Assembly (NCBI GenBank): GCA_964614015.1
Contig: CAZTKA010000001.1
Span: 1,249 to 65,248 of the forward strand
Origin: an uncultured Bordetella sp.
Lineage (GTDB): Bacteria; Acidobacteriota; Terriglobia; Bryobacterales; Bryobacteraceae
Reading direction: 5' to 3'
Length of the DNA stretch: 64,000 bases
Below, piece by piece: positions 10,273-22,640 of this stretch. The notes beneath the pieces were generated by a model. It was not told the DNA's origin and did not search any database. It saw only the letters and a program-made list of their open reading frames with translations. The stretch's first letter is position 1; every line of letters starts with the position of its first letter. The translations under genes were made by a program, and so were the position numbers.

Positions 10273-10290
10273 GCGGCCAATTTTGGCCGC
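10273..10290 (+). terminator. GC-rich hairpin (GCGGCCAA/TTGGCCGC) about 50 nt after the surA-like stop; a T-rich run lies further downstream at about 10314-10320
   Basis: Inverted repeat read from the sequence. No immediately adjacent U-tract, so intrinsic-terminator status is uncertain. Confidence 0.3.
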
Positions 10291-10378
10291 GGGAGGCTCT
10301 TGAGCCGGCGCTCTTGTTTTCGCTTGGCGCGCGGCTTGAAGGCCGTCCCGTTTCATCTCGCAGCTCCTTATCAGGCAC

Positions 10379-11440
10379 ATGAAATCTCCCTACGTAAGTG
10401 AGTTGCAGGCCAACCAGCCCGCCCAGGGCACATTTCTTGTCACCTACAAGGACGTGCGCCAAAAGAAATCCGGCGAGCCCTATCTGACGCTAACGCTTGC
10501 GGACCGCACCGGCGAACTCGATGCAAAAATGTGGGATAACGCCGCGGAAGTCGCCGGCACCTTCGACCGCGACGATTTCGTTCTCGTGAAGGGCCAGGTG
10601 CAGGTCTTCCAGAACCGCCCCCAGTTAACGGTCTTCAAGCTGCAGCCCGTGGCGGAATCGTCGGTGGACATCACCGACTTTCTACCCGCCTCCAAGCGCG
10701 ACCGCGACGAAATGTTCGGCGAGCTCCTGGGCTGGATCGCGGGCATGACGAATCCGCACCTGCGCGGATTGCTGCAGGGCATCCTCGCGGACGAAACGGT
10801 GGCGCTGGCCTACCGCACCGCGCCCGCGGCCAAAACCGTGCACCACAACTGGATCGGCGGCCTGGTGGAGCACGTGCTGTCGCTGTGCCGGTTGGCGAAG
10901 CTTACCGCCGCGCATTACCCCGGCATCGATTATGACCTGTTGCTGGCTGGCGTCGTCCTGCACGATATCGGCAAGATTTACGAGCTTGAGTACACGCGCA
11001 CCATCCGCTATACCGACGCAGGCCAGCTCCTGGGCCACATTCAGATCGGTATTCAGATGGTGATGGCGCAGATTGCGCGCATGCCGGATTTCCCGCCGCG
11101 CCAGCGCGATCTGCTGCTGCACATGATCCTCAGCCACCACGGCCAGCTCGAATTTGGCTCGCCCAAGCTCCCGTCGTTTCCCGAAGCGCTGCTGCTGCAC
11201 CTCATCGACAACCTGGATGCGAAGATGGAAGCCATGCGCTCCTTGATCGAAAATGACAAGCTGGTGGAAGGAAACTGGACCGGCTACAGCGCGTCGCTGG
11301 AGCGAATTGCGCTAAAAAAGGAGCGCTATCTGAATCCGCCCGCGAGTTCGCCCGCCACCCCGACTGCTTCCCTCGCGCACAAGGCATCCGACTCGCCGTT
11401 TGCTGAAAAATTGCGCGGCGCACTGAATAAGGGATCCTGA
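10379..11440 (+). CDS. YhaM-like 3'-5' exoribonuclease (OB-fold + HD domain phosphohydrolase)
   Basis: N-terminal OB-fold-like segment (FLVTYKDVRQKKSGEPYLTLTLADRTGELDAKMW). HD domain (LLAGVVLHDIGK...SHHGQLEFGSPK). Confidence 0.8.
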   Translation: MKSPYVSELQANQPAQGTFLVTYKDVRQKKSGEPYLTLTLADRTGELDAKMWDNAAEVAGTFDRDDFVLVKGQVQVFQNRPQLTVFKLQPVAESSVDITDFLPASKRDRDEMFGELLGWIAGMTNPHLRGLLQGILADETVALAYRTAPAAKTVHHNWIGGLVEHVLSLCRLAKLTAAHYPGIDYDLLLAGVVLHDIGKIYELEYTRTIRYTDAGQLLGHIQIGIQMVMAQIARMPDFPPRQRDLLLHMILSHHGQLEFGSPKLPSFPEALLLHLIDNLDAKMEAMRSLIENDKLVEGNWTGYSASLERIALKKERYLNPPASSPATPTASLAHKASDSPFAEKLRGALNKGS

Positions 11441-11509
11441 TGCCAATAGCATCGATTCCAGCCCGCCCTCGGTCGGCGCCAGAAAGAGTCTAGCGATTAC
11501 CAAGAAACC

Positions 11510-11653
11510 ATGGCTAAATACAGACCAGCCGGATCCAAAAAAACCAAAGCGCCCGCCCCGACGCGCGGCCTGATTCCCTGCGCCATCATCGTCCTGCTCG
11601 GCTTCGGCGTGATTTATCTACTGTTTTACCTGCTGCTGGAGTCCGGACAATAG
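11510..11653 (+). CDS. Candidate 47-aa single-pass membrane protein (below ORF-track size cut-off)
   Basis: Manual translation: MAKYRPAGSKKTKAPAPTRGLIPCAIIVLLGFGVIYLLFYLLLESGQ*. Basic N-terminus plus one hydrophobic helix; G/C-rich third positions. No clear SD. Confidence 0.3.
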   Translation: MAKYRPAGSKKTKAPAPTRGLIPCAIIVLLGFGVIYLLFYLLLESGQ

Positions 11654-11699
11654 ATTCACCAGCAGTTCTTGTGCTTCGCTCAGTTCTGCTACCCTCTTC

Positions 11700-12536
11700 A
11701 TGGTGGGACGGGCCCGCCCAGCCGCCTCGCGCGAAGTCAAAGAAGGAGTCCACGTAGCTTTGATCGCAAGACAGTTGGCAAAGAAGATCCTGCCTGCTTC
11801 GGTTCGCTCCAGTCTTCGAGCCTGCTATGAGCGTGTCGAGCCACTGTTCTACCAAGGCAACAATGTGACGTGTCCCTGCTGCGGCGCGCGGTACCGGAAG
11901 TTTCTTCCCCACGGCCGGCCAGTGAGGATCAACGCACGCTGCGCGAACTGCGACGCGCTGGAGCGGCACCGCCTCGTGTACCTGTACTTGAAGAACGAGA
12001 CCCGGCTGTTCACAGACTCGGTCAGCGTGTTGCATTTCGCTCCCGAGCGGCAGATCGAACGGCTACTGGAACAATTACCGAACATACGCTACATCCGCGC
12101 CGACTTGGACCGGCGGAGCGTGGATGTTCACCTGGACGTTCAGCGAATGCCGCTGCGCGAGGGAGTGTTCGACTTGATCCTCTGCATTCACGTGCTGGAA
12201 CATATTCCAGACGACCTTGCGGCGATGAAGGAAATGTTCCGCGTTCTCCGGCCGGGAGGCAGGGCCATCATCAATGTTCCTCTGCGCGGCGACTCCGGCC
12301 CGACCCTGGAGGATTTCTCGGTCACCGACCCTATCGAGCGACGGAGGCTGTTCGGCCAGGAAGACCATGTCCGCCTCTACGGGACGGACATCCGGCAGCG
12401 GCTGCAACAAGCCGGGTTTGACGTGCAAGCGAGCCGCTACGCACAAAGCCTGGAACAGGCCGCAGTGAAGCGCTACGGGCTGCCGGCTGATGATATCATT
12501 TACGACTGCCGGCACGGTGCGGGGCGGAACTCATGA
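11700..12536 (+). CDS. Class I SAM-dependent methyltransferase with N-terminal Cys4 (zinc-ribbon-like) segment
   Basis: CPCCG...16 aa...CANC. Methyltransf_11-like FDLILCIHVLEHIPDDLAAMKEMFRVLRPGGRAIINVP. The true start may be downstream of 11700. Confidence 0.85.
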   Translation: MVGRARPAASREVKEGVHVALIARQLAKKILPASVRSSLRACYERVEPLFYQGNNVTCPCCGARYRKFLPHGRPVRINARCANCDALERHRLVYLYLKNETRLFTDSVSVLHFAPERQIERLLEQLPNIRYIRADLDRRSVDVHLDVQRMPLREGVFDLILCIHVLEHIPDDLAAMKEMFRVLRPGGRAIINVPLRGDSGPTLEDFSVTDPIERRRLFGQEDHVRLYGTDIRQRLQQAGFDVQASRYAQSLEQAAVKRYGLPADDIIYDCRHGAGRNS

Positions 12537-13174
12537 TCAGAACCGTAGGAAGAAAGATCCTTGAGGGGCTGGGCTTGTACGGGTTGTACAGCCTGAAGGT
12601 CAAAGGTCCTTTGCTGGAAGACGGCTGGTTCCGAAGTTTTGCCGAGGGCCGCCCAGTTGACCGCCAGGGCAACCCCGTCCCGTTCATCACCTATCCGGCG
12701 TGGGAGTTTTTGCGCCGCCGGATCAGGCCGGAAATGAGAGTGTTCGAATACGGCAGCGGGGCCAGCACGCTGTGGTGGGCAGTGCGGGTGAAGGAAATCT
12801 TCAGCGCGGAGTATCAGCCGGAATGGTACGCCAGAATCTCCAAGCAAGCTCCGCGCAACGCAACCGTTTACCTTCAGCCATTAGGTGACAAAGAGGCCTA
12901 CGCGCGCCTCGCGAAAAAACCGGGGAAGCAGTTTTGCATCGTGGTGATCGACGGACGCGAACGTGTTCGTTGCGCACTCCACGCCGTGGAGGCGCTCGCC
13001 CCGGATGGAGTCATTGTGTGGGACAACTCGGACCGGGAGAAGTACGAGCCTGGCTTTCGATTTTTGAAAGAACGCGGTTTCCGCCGGCTGGAGTTTGTCG
13101 GCTTGTCGCCGGGTGTCAATGAGAGATCGGAAACCTCGATCTTCTACCGTCCGGGAAACTGTTTGGAGATCTAG
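12533..13174 (+). CDS. Putative class I SAM-dependent methyltransferase-fold protein
   Basis: VFEYGSGASTLWWA resembles SAM-binding motif I. IVVIDGRERVRCALHAV...GVIVWDNSDR resembles Methyltransf_24-type proteins of polysaccharide loci. ATGA overlap with the upstream methyltransferase. Confidence 0.65.
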   Translation: MIRTVGRKILEGLGLYGLYSLKVKGPLLEDGWFRSFAEGRPVDRQGNPVPFITYPAWEFLRRRIRPEMRVFEYGSGASTLWWAVRVKEIFSAEYQPEWYARISKQAPRNATVYLQPLGDKEAYARLAKKPGKQFCIVVIDGRERVRCALHAVEALAPDGVIVWDNSDREKYEPGFRFLKERGFRRLEFVGLSPGVNERSETSIFYRPGNCLEI

Positions 13175-14733
13175 GCCACGGCTGTCCGTAAGCGTTTCAG
13201 CCAGTAACGCGCAAGGTTGCGGTGCTCCGGTTCGAGGCAGAAAAGGTAAGCCAGCCCGAGATACCCGATCGTGGCCACCGCGGCGGCGAGCAGGACCAGC
13301 GGCCAGGTTTTTCGCGGAAACGCCCGCATCATCCACCAGAGCATCCCGTAAACCGGAAGCGCAATGAGAAGAGCCCTTCCATAGATTCCTGACTGATAGC
13401 GCAAAAACGGAAACCCGGTCTGCTTGCAAACGGCCCAGGGAGACAGCACCGCCCGGCTGGCGAGCATTGCGGCACAAATGACGGCAGCGATCAGGACCAG
13501 GCCAAAGCGCGGAAGCGTGAGGCACGCGGCCGTCACGATCACCGCTTCCGCCGCCATTCCCCACGTGTACCATTGGTGCGCGCGCAGTCCGAATAGAATG
13601 CTGGCGGAAGCGTTCTGACCGGCGAGGGCCAACCACGTTCCCAGAACGAAGTAGGGCAGGAGGGGCCCCGAGTTCCGCGCATATTGCTCTCCGACCCATA
13701 ACTGCACGATGCTCGTGCCCCAAGTGAGCATCAGCAAAGCGAGGGGACCGTACAAGACGAAGCTGTAGCGATTCCCCAGAACGGCCAGGCGCACGATCGA
13801 ATCCGATTCCCGCCGCGCCGACATCTCGGCCGCGATCGGGCTGAGCATCTGCGCGACCCGCGTCACGATCTCCACCGGGTATTGAAGCATCCGCTGAGGC
13901 AACGAGAAAAACCCGACGGCTGCCGCGGACAGGGAGCGCGCAATGAATACGAGAGGCGACTGCTCCAAGAAAATAGTGGAAACGCTGCCCACCGATGTGT
14001 GCGCCCCATAACCGAGCAACTCCCGGAAGGCTCGACGCCGCACGAAGCGGCGGTCCAGTACGAGCGCTGGAAACGCCCTCCACAGCAGCCACGCATGACC
14101 GGCGAACAGCACGCAAGTGGCCGCGAGCGTGCACAGCGCCAGGGCGATGAGTCCGCCGCCCCACCAAAGTACGATCAGGTAGGAAGCGGTTCGCACGGTG
14201 AGAACCGCCGTGCGCAGTTGATTCAGCGCGGCGAAGCGCTGCAGACCCTCCAGACAGCCGCTGGCGACGTTGAAGCAGAACGACAGCGCAAAACCCGTGG
14301 TCACGAAACCAAACAACAGCGGGAACTCTGTCTCGTAGGGTGGAGCAACGCGGAACCATCCGGCCGAAAAAGGCGCCGCCGCCAGGGTGGCGATGAGAGT
14401 CAACACGGTCAGGCCGAGGGAGTAGGCGAAAGCAGTGTTAAGAACTTCGTTGATGCGGTCGTTGTCGCCGCGCGCGGCCGACCCAGCGGTGAAATTCACC
14501 ACCGCCGACCGCAACCCAAACTCCAGAAACGTGTAATAGCCGGCGATAGAGAACACAAGCGACCAGATGCCGTAACCGTCCGCGCCGAGCCTGCGGATGA
14601 TCACCGGAGCCAGAATGATGCCGGCGGTCAGATTCGCGATCACGCTCAGCCAGGTCCAGATGAGGTTCACTGCGAACACGCGCATACGGGGGGAAGGCGC
14701 CCCTGCGGTGCGGACGTCTTGGTCTGCGTTCAT
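13171..14733 (-). CDS. Polysaccharide/oligosaccharide flippase (MOP/Wzx-like, multi-pass membrane protein)
   Basis: ORF 13171..14790 trimmed to ATG 14733. Roughly 12-14 hydrophobic segments. N-terminal VIIRRLGADGYGIWSLVFSIAGYYTFLEFGLRSAVVNF is typical of Wzx-type polysaccharide biosynthesis proteins. Confidence 0.82.
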   Translation of the reverse strand: MNADQDVRTAGAPSPRMRVFAVNLIWTWLSVIANLTAGIILAPVIIRRLGADGYGIWSLVFSIAGYYTFLEFGLRSAVVNFTAGSAARGDNDRINEVLNTAFAYSLGLTVLTLIATLAAAPFSAGWFRVAPPYETEFPLLFGFVTTGFALSFCFNVASGCLEGLQRFAALNQLRTAVLTVRTASYLIVLWWGGGLIALALCTLAATCVLFAGHAWLLWRAFPALVLDRRFVRRRAFRELLGYGAHTSVGSVSTIFLEQSPLVFIARSLSAAAVGFFSLPQRMLQYPVEIVTRVAQMLSPIAAEMSARRESDSIVRLAVLGNRYSFVLYGPLALLMLTWGTSIVQLWVGEQYARNSGPLLPYFVLGTWLALAGQNASASILFGLRAHQWYTWGMAAEAVIVTAACLTLPRFGLVLIAAVICAAMLASRAVLSPWAVCKQTGFPFLRYQSGIYGRALLIALPVYGMLWWMMRAFPRKTWPLVLLAAAVATIGYLGLAYLFCLEPEHRNLARYWLKRLRTAVA

Positions 14734-14831
14734 GAGCGGGAGACGGGGAAACCGGGCAGCATTTTTTCTCCCCATTCTTGCACGGGCCAAGCCGCCGCGA
14801 GCGTCTCCGCTTCTGTTACCCTTGCTGCTTG

Positions 14832-15569
14832 ATGCGAATCGACCAACGGCTCCCGGACCAAATGCGGCCCGTGAAAGTAACTTCCGGCTACTTGCTGACC
14901 GCGGAAGGCTCGGTGCTCATCGAAGTCGGCAACACGCGCGTGCTGTGCGCCGCCTCGATCGAAGACACGGTGCCCGCTTTCCTGCGCGGATCGGGCAAGG
15001 GCTGGGTCACGGCCGAATACTCGATGCTGCCGCGCGCCACCAGCACGCGCACGCCGCGCGAGCTTTCCAAAGGCCGCCCCTCCGGCCGCACGATGGAAAT
15101 CCAGCGCCTGATCGGACGCTCCCTGCGCACCGTCGTCGACCTCGACGCGCTCGGTGAACGCAGCGTGATTCTGGATTGCGACGTGTTGCAGGCCGACGGC
15201 GGCACGCGCACCGCCGCGATTACCGGAGCTTACATCGCCCTGGCTGCCGCGCTGCGCCACCTGGTCGCCTTCGGCACGATCGAGAAATCGCCGCTGCGCG
15301 ACTGCGTGGCCGCCACCAGCGTCGGCATCATCAACGGAACCCCCATGCTCGATCTCTGTTATCAGGAAGACTCCGCGGCCGAGGTCGACATGAATGTCGT
15401 CATGACCGGCGCCGGGCGTTTCGTCGAAGTCCAGGCCACCGCGGAAAAGACCGCGTTCGATGATGCGCAGCTTGCGGATCTCCTCGCGCTCGCGCGCAAA
15501 GGCGTGCGGGAACTGGTGGCAATCCAACGCGCGGCGGCCGGGACGGGACCGGGCGCTCGCCAGGAGTGA
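14832..15569 (+). CDS. rph: Ribonuclease PH
   Basis: ORF 14778..15569 trimmed to ATG 14832. [42 protein letters not shown]...[18 protein letters not shown]. Confidence 0.95.
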   Translation: MRIDQRLPDQMRPVKVTSGYLLTAEGSVLIEVGNTRVLCAASIEDTVPAFLRGSGKGWVTAEYSMLPRATSTRTPRELSKGRPSGRTMEIQRLIGRSLRTVVDLDALGERSVILDCDVLQADGGTRTAAITGAYIALAAALRHLVAFGTIEKSPLRDCVAATSVGIINGTPMLDLCYQEDSAAEVDMNVVMTGAGRFVEVQATAEKTAFDDAQLADLLALARKGVRELVAIQRAAAGTGPGARQE

Positions 15570-15631
15570 TCTTCCATGGTCGCTTTGGGCTGCGGCGCCC
15601 GCTGGGTGACCGGCCAGCGCTTCCAAACCGA

Positions 15632-16240
15632 ATGATCGTCTACTGTGCCACCAGCAATCCCGGCAAGCTGCGCGAGTTCCAGCTCGCCGCGCCCGATTTT
15701 GATGTTCGCGCGCTCGATGGCGGGATCGCTCCTCCGGCGGAACAAGGCGCTACGTTCGAAGCAAACGCCATCGCCAAGGCCGAATATTACGGCCGCTTGG
15801 CCGAAGGCTTCCTGTTCGCCGACGACTCCGGGCTGGAAGTCGACGCGCTGAACGGCGCGCCCGGCGTGCATTCAGCGCGTTACGCTGGGCCTGATGCGAC
15901 CGACGCGGCGAACAACGCGCTGCTGCTTGAACGCCTCAAGGGAGTCGCAAACCGTACCGCGCGATTCGTGTGCGTCATCGCGCTGGTGAAGGATGGCAAG
16001 CTCGTGCGCACTTTCCGCGGCTCCGTCGAAGGCCGCATTCTGGAGGAACCGCGCGGCTCGGGCGGATTCGGCTACGATCCCCTCTTTTACTACGAACCCT
16101 TCGGCTGCACCTTCGGTGAAGCTCCCCTCGCGGACAAAATGCGCGTCAGCCACCGCGCCCAGGCCCTGGAGGCGATGTTTACGTTCCTGCGCGGTATCGC
16201 GTCCAGTGCAGAAACCCAATCTGTGTCTTCGCGTCCGTGA
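15632..16240 (+). CDS. rdgB: Non-canonical purine NTP pyrophosphatase RdgB/HAM1
   Basis: Trimmed to ATG 15632. [36 protein letters not shown] and GFGYDPLF motifs. The rph-rdgB pairing is a conserved arrangement. Confidence 0.92.
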   Translation: MIVYCATSNPGKLREFQLAAPDFDVRALDGGIAPPAEQGATFEANAIAKAEYYGRLAEGFLFADDSGLEVDALNGAPGVHSARYAGPDATDAANNALLLERLKGVANRTARFVCVIALVKDGKLVRTFRGSVEGRILEEPRGSGGFGYDPLFYYEPFGCTFGEAPLADKMRVSHRAQALEAMFTFLRGIASSAETQSVSSRP

Positions 16241-16702
16241 TCCTGGCCGCCCGGATCTGTTCATCGAGTTCCCGCCTCGTGAACCAGCGCGTCTCAATCC
16301 GCTCATCCTCCATCGGCGATGCCAGCCCGTCCCGGAGCCCGGTGGCGAGATAGATCGTCATCTTTTCGGCGAGAAAACCGGGACTCGGCCAGAACACCGC
16401 CAGCCTCTCCATCTTGCGCGCGCGCAGGCCGGTTTCTTCGGCCAGTTCGCGCCGCGCCGCGCGCAGCGGAGTCTCGCCCGGGTCCACGCGGCCGGCGGGC
16501 AACTCCCACAAGTACTGTCTTGCGGGGAGCCGGTATTGCCGGACCAGCAACACGCGATTGCGATCGTCGACCGGCATCACCACGGCCGAACCTTCATGCT
16601 GCACGATCGCGCGCGTGATCTCGAATCCGTCGGGATCCAGAGCGCGGTCGCGGGTCACTCGGAAAATGGGGGTTCTTAATAATTCTTCGGAATAAATCGT
16701 TT

Positions 16703-16706
<4 letters not shown>
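16179..16706 (-). CDS. NUDIX hydrolase (ADP-ribose pyrophosphatase-like)
   Basis: Nudix box [23 protein letters not shown]. The start overlaps the polX stop (ATGA). The 3' end overlaps the rdgB 3' end by 62 nt. Confidence 0.88.
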
Positions 16707-18436
<1,730 letters not shown>

Positions 18437-18646
18437 TCACCGCCGTCCGAAAAGCCACATCACGGCGGTCAGGATCGCGCTCAACAGCAGGCACGTGACG
18501 ATGGGGAAGTAGAACCCGCTGTTCTTCCCCTCGATGCGGATGTCGCCCGGCAGCCGTCCCAGCCGCAGGGGCAATCGGTCGCCCAAAGTCACCAACAGGC
18601 CCAGCACGATCAATGCCACGCCCGCCAGAATCAACATTCGTCCCAC
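18437..18646 (-). CDS. DUF2905-like small two-helix membrane protein
   Basis: MGRMLILAGVALIVLGLLVTLGDRLPLRLGRLPGDIRIEGKNSGFYFPIVTCLLLSAILT... matches the LPGDI...FYFPI pattern I associate with DUF2905. It abuts the polX start with no gap. Confidence 0.8.
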   Translation of the reverse strand: MGRMLILAGVALIVLGLLVTLGDRLPLRLGRLPGDIRIEGKNSGFYFPIVTCLLLSAILTAVMWLFGRR

Positions 18647-18689
18647 GACTTGATCATAGCCGTTGTCTGATAATGAGGGCGGAGGCCGA

Positions 18690-19988
<1,299 letters not shown>

Positions 19989-20066
19989 CCGGTGGGACAG
20001 CCCCTTGCGGGTGCGGTCCGGTTCGTGCGGCTCCCGGCCCCGCATCGGGGATAATGGAACTTTCCC

Positions 20067-22640
20067 ATGTCCGCCGGGCCTTCGACGCCGCTGATGCGGC
20101 AGTATCACTCCATCAAGCAGCAAGTTCCGAACACGCTGCTGTTGTTCCGCCTCGGCGACTTTTACGAACTGTTTTACGACGATGCGGTCACCGCCGCGCG
20201 CGAGCTGGAAATCACGCTGACCTCGCGCAACAAGGAAAAAGGGCAAGCGATCCCCATGTGCGGCGTGCCGTATCATTCCGCCGAGAATTACATTGCCCGG
20301 CTGATCCAGAAGGGCTACCGCGTCGCGGTCTGCGATCAAACTGAAGATCCGCGGTTCGCTAAGAAACTGGTGCGGCGCGAGGTCACGCGCATCGTCACGC
20401 CCGGCACGGCGACCAGCGCGCAACTCCTGCGTTCGCACGAAAACAACTACTTGGCCGCCGTGATGCCGGCGAACCTCCGCGCGGGGATCGCGCATGTCGA
20501 CGTCTCGACCGGCGAGTTCCGCGCCACCGAAGTCGATCTCGCTGAAGCCGCCGCGACCCTCGAAACGCTCAACGCCCGTGAAGCCCTGGTGCCTGCGGGA
20601 ACGTCGCATCCCCTTCCGTGCCTCAAAACGGATGTGGATGCGTGGGTCTTCGCACCGGATTACGCCGCGCGCAGCCTGTGCGATCACTTCCGCCTGCTTG
20701 CCCTCGACGGCTGCGGCCTCCAGGACCGCCCGCTGGCGACCGGAGCCGCTGCCGCCATATTGCACTACCTGCGCGAGACGCAGCGCAGCGCGCTCGATCA
20801 TCTGGAGCGCCCGGCGTTTTACAGCCGGACGGATACGCTGGTTCTGGACGCAACCACCGTGCGCAACCTGGAACTGGTCGAGCCGCTGTTCGCGGGCGAG
20901 TCGAAAGACTCCACCCTGCTTTCCGTGCTCGACAAGACCCGCACGGGGATGGGAGGCCGCCTGCTGCGCCGCCGCCTGCTGGCGCCGTCCATGGACGTCG
21001 CGGATATCGAACAGCGCCTGGATGCGGTCGCCGAGGTCGCCGTGGCCACCATCCTGCGCGCCGAACTCGCAAAGGAGCTCGCGTCCGTTCTGGACCTGGA
21101 ACGATTGCTGGCGAAATTGTCGCTGGCTTCAGCGGGGCCGCGCGATCTGCTGGCGCTGGCGCGCTCGCTGGCGGTGATCCCCAGCCTGAAGCAGCATCTG
21201 GCAGCGGCTTCTGCCGCGCGGCTGCGCCACATCGCCCGGTGTTTGGATGAAGTCGCCAGTGTTCGCGACGCGGCGCTCAGCGCCCTTTCCGGCGACCCCC
21301 CGGTGAATCTCAGCGACGGCGGCGCGATCCGCGCCGGTTTCGATGCGCGTCTCGACGAATGGCGCGATATCTCGCAGAACAGCCGCACTTACCTCGTCCA
21401 GATCGAGCAGCGCGAACGCGCCCGCACCGGTATCGCGTCGCTCAAGGTGCGGTTCAACAACATCTTCGGCTACTACATCGAGATCTCGAAGGCGAATCTG
21501 CATCTGGTTCCGCCGGACTACGGCCGCAAGCAGACGCTGGTCAACGCCGAACGCTTCACCACGCCCGAACTCAAGGAACTCGAGGCCAAGATCCTCGAAG
21601 CCGAGGAAAAGATGCTGGCCATCGAGCGCGAGATCTTTGAATCGCTCCGCACCCTCGCGTGCGCCGAAGCCGCGCGCATCAAAGCCACCGCCGCGGCCGT
21701 CGCCGAACTGGATGTCACGGTCGCGCTCGCCGAAACCGCTGTCGCCGGCCGCTACGTGCGCCCGCAATTTTCAACCACCGGAGAATTGCGCATCGTCGCC
21801 GGCCGCCACCCGGTGATCGAGCGCCTGACCGAACGCGAGGCGCAACGCTTCATCCCCAATGACCTCTATTTCCACCCCGCAACGCAATTCATCGCCGTGA
21901 TCACGGGACCCAACATGGGCGGCAAGTCCACCTACCTCCGGCAGGCCGCGCTGCTTACGATCCTGGCGCAGATGGGATCCTTCGTCCCGGCGGAATCGGC
22001 GCTCCTTCCGGTGGTGGATCGCGTGTTCACCCGCATCGGCGCCGCCGATAACCTGGCGCGCGGCCGCTCGACCTTCATGGTCGAGATGACCGAGACGGCG
22101 GTGATCCTGAATACCGCCACCGAGCGCAGCCTGATCGTCCTGGACGAAATCGGGCGCGGAACGGCGACCTACGACGGGCTCGCGCTGGCCTGGGCCGTCA
22201 TCGAACACATCCACCGTCACATCCGCGCCAAGACGCTGTTTGCGACGCATTACCACGAGCTCACCGAGCTCGAATCGCAGCTCGATGGCGTGCGCAACTT
22301 GCATGTGTCGGTGAAGGAATCGGGCGAACAGATTCTGTTCCTGCGGCGCGTGGAGCCGGGAGCCGCCGACCGCAGCTACGGCATTGAGGTCGCGCGCCTG
22401 GCGGCCCTCCCGATGAGCGTCATCGAACGCGCGCGCCAGATCCTGGCGCTGCACGAATCCGCCGGGCACACCGTCACCGAAGAACTGTCGCCGCGCTCCG
22501 CGCCCGTGCAGATTCAGCTTTTCGAGCCCGTCAACGCGGGCATCGCCGAGCGCATCCGGAACCTGAACCTCGACGAGCTTCGCCCCATCGACGCGCTGGA
22601 ACTGTTGTGCGAGCTGCAACAGGAGCTGCGCCGCCCATGA
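20067..22640 (+). CDS. mutS: DNA mismatch repair protein MutS
   Basis: N-terminal TPLMRQYHSIKQQ...FRLGDFYELFYDDA. Walker A GPNMGGKSTYLRQ. TFMVEMTE; 857 aa. Confidence 0.97.
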   Translation: MSAGPSTPLMRQYHSIKQQVPNTLLLFRLGDFYELFYDDAVTAARELEITLTSRNKEKGQAIPMCGVPYHSAENYIARLIQKGYRVAVCDQTEDPRFAKKLVRREVTRIVTPGTATSAQLLRSHENNYLAAVMPANLRAGIAHVDVSTGEFRATEVDLAEAAATLETLNAREALVPAGTSHPLPCLKTDVDAWVFAPDYAARSLCDHFRLLALDGCGLQDRPLATGAAAAILHYLRETQRSALDHLERPAFYSRTDTLVLDATTVRNLELVEPLFAGESKDSTLLSVLDKTRTGMGGRLLRRRLLAPSMDVADIEQRLDAVAEVAVATILRAELAKELASVLDLERLLAKLSLASAGPRDLLALARSLAVIPSLKQHLAAASAARLRHIARCLDEVASVRDAALSALSGDPPVNLSDGGAIRAGFDARLDEWRDISQNSRTYLVQIEQRERARTGIASLKVRFNNIFGYYIEISKANLHLVPPDYGRKQTLVNAERFTTPELKELEAKILEAEEKMLAIEREIFESLRTLACAEAARIKATAAAVAELDVTVALAETAVAGRYVRPQFSTTGELRIVAGRHPVIERLTEREAQRFIPNDLYFHPATQFIAVITGPNMGGKSTYLRQAALLTILAQMGSFVPAESALLPVVDRVFTRIGAADNLARGRSTFMVEMTETAVILNTATERSLIVLDEIGRGTATYDGLALAWAVIEHIHRHIRAKTLFATHYHELTELESQLDGVRNLHVSVKESGEQILFLRRVEPGAADRSYGIEVARLAALPMSVIERARQILALHESAGHTVTEELSPRSAPVQIQLFEPVNAGIAERIRNLNLDELRPIDALELLCELQQELRRP

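Noticed and set aside
12881-14359. 492-aa minus-strand ORF overlapping the flippase gene in another frame
   Set aside because: The 13171..14733 frame encodes a coherent multi-pass membrane protein. The alternative frame is Arg/Gly/Ala-rich with no hydrophobic periodicity.
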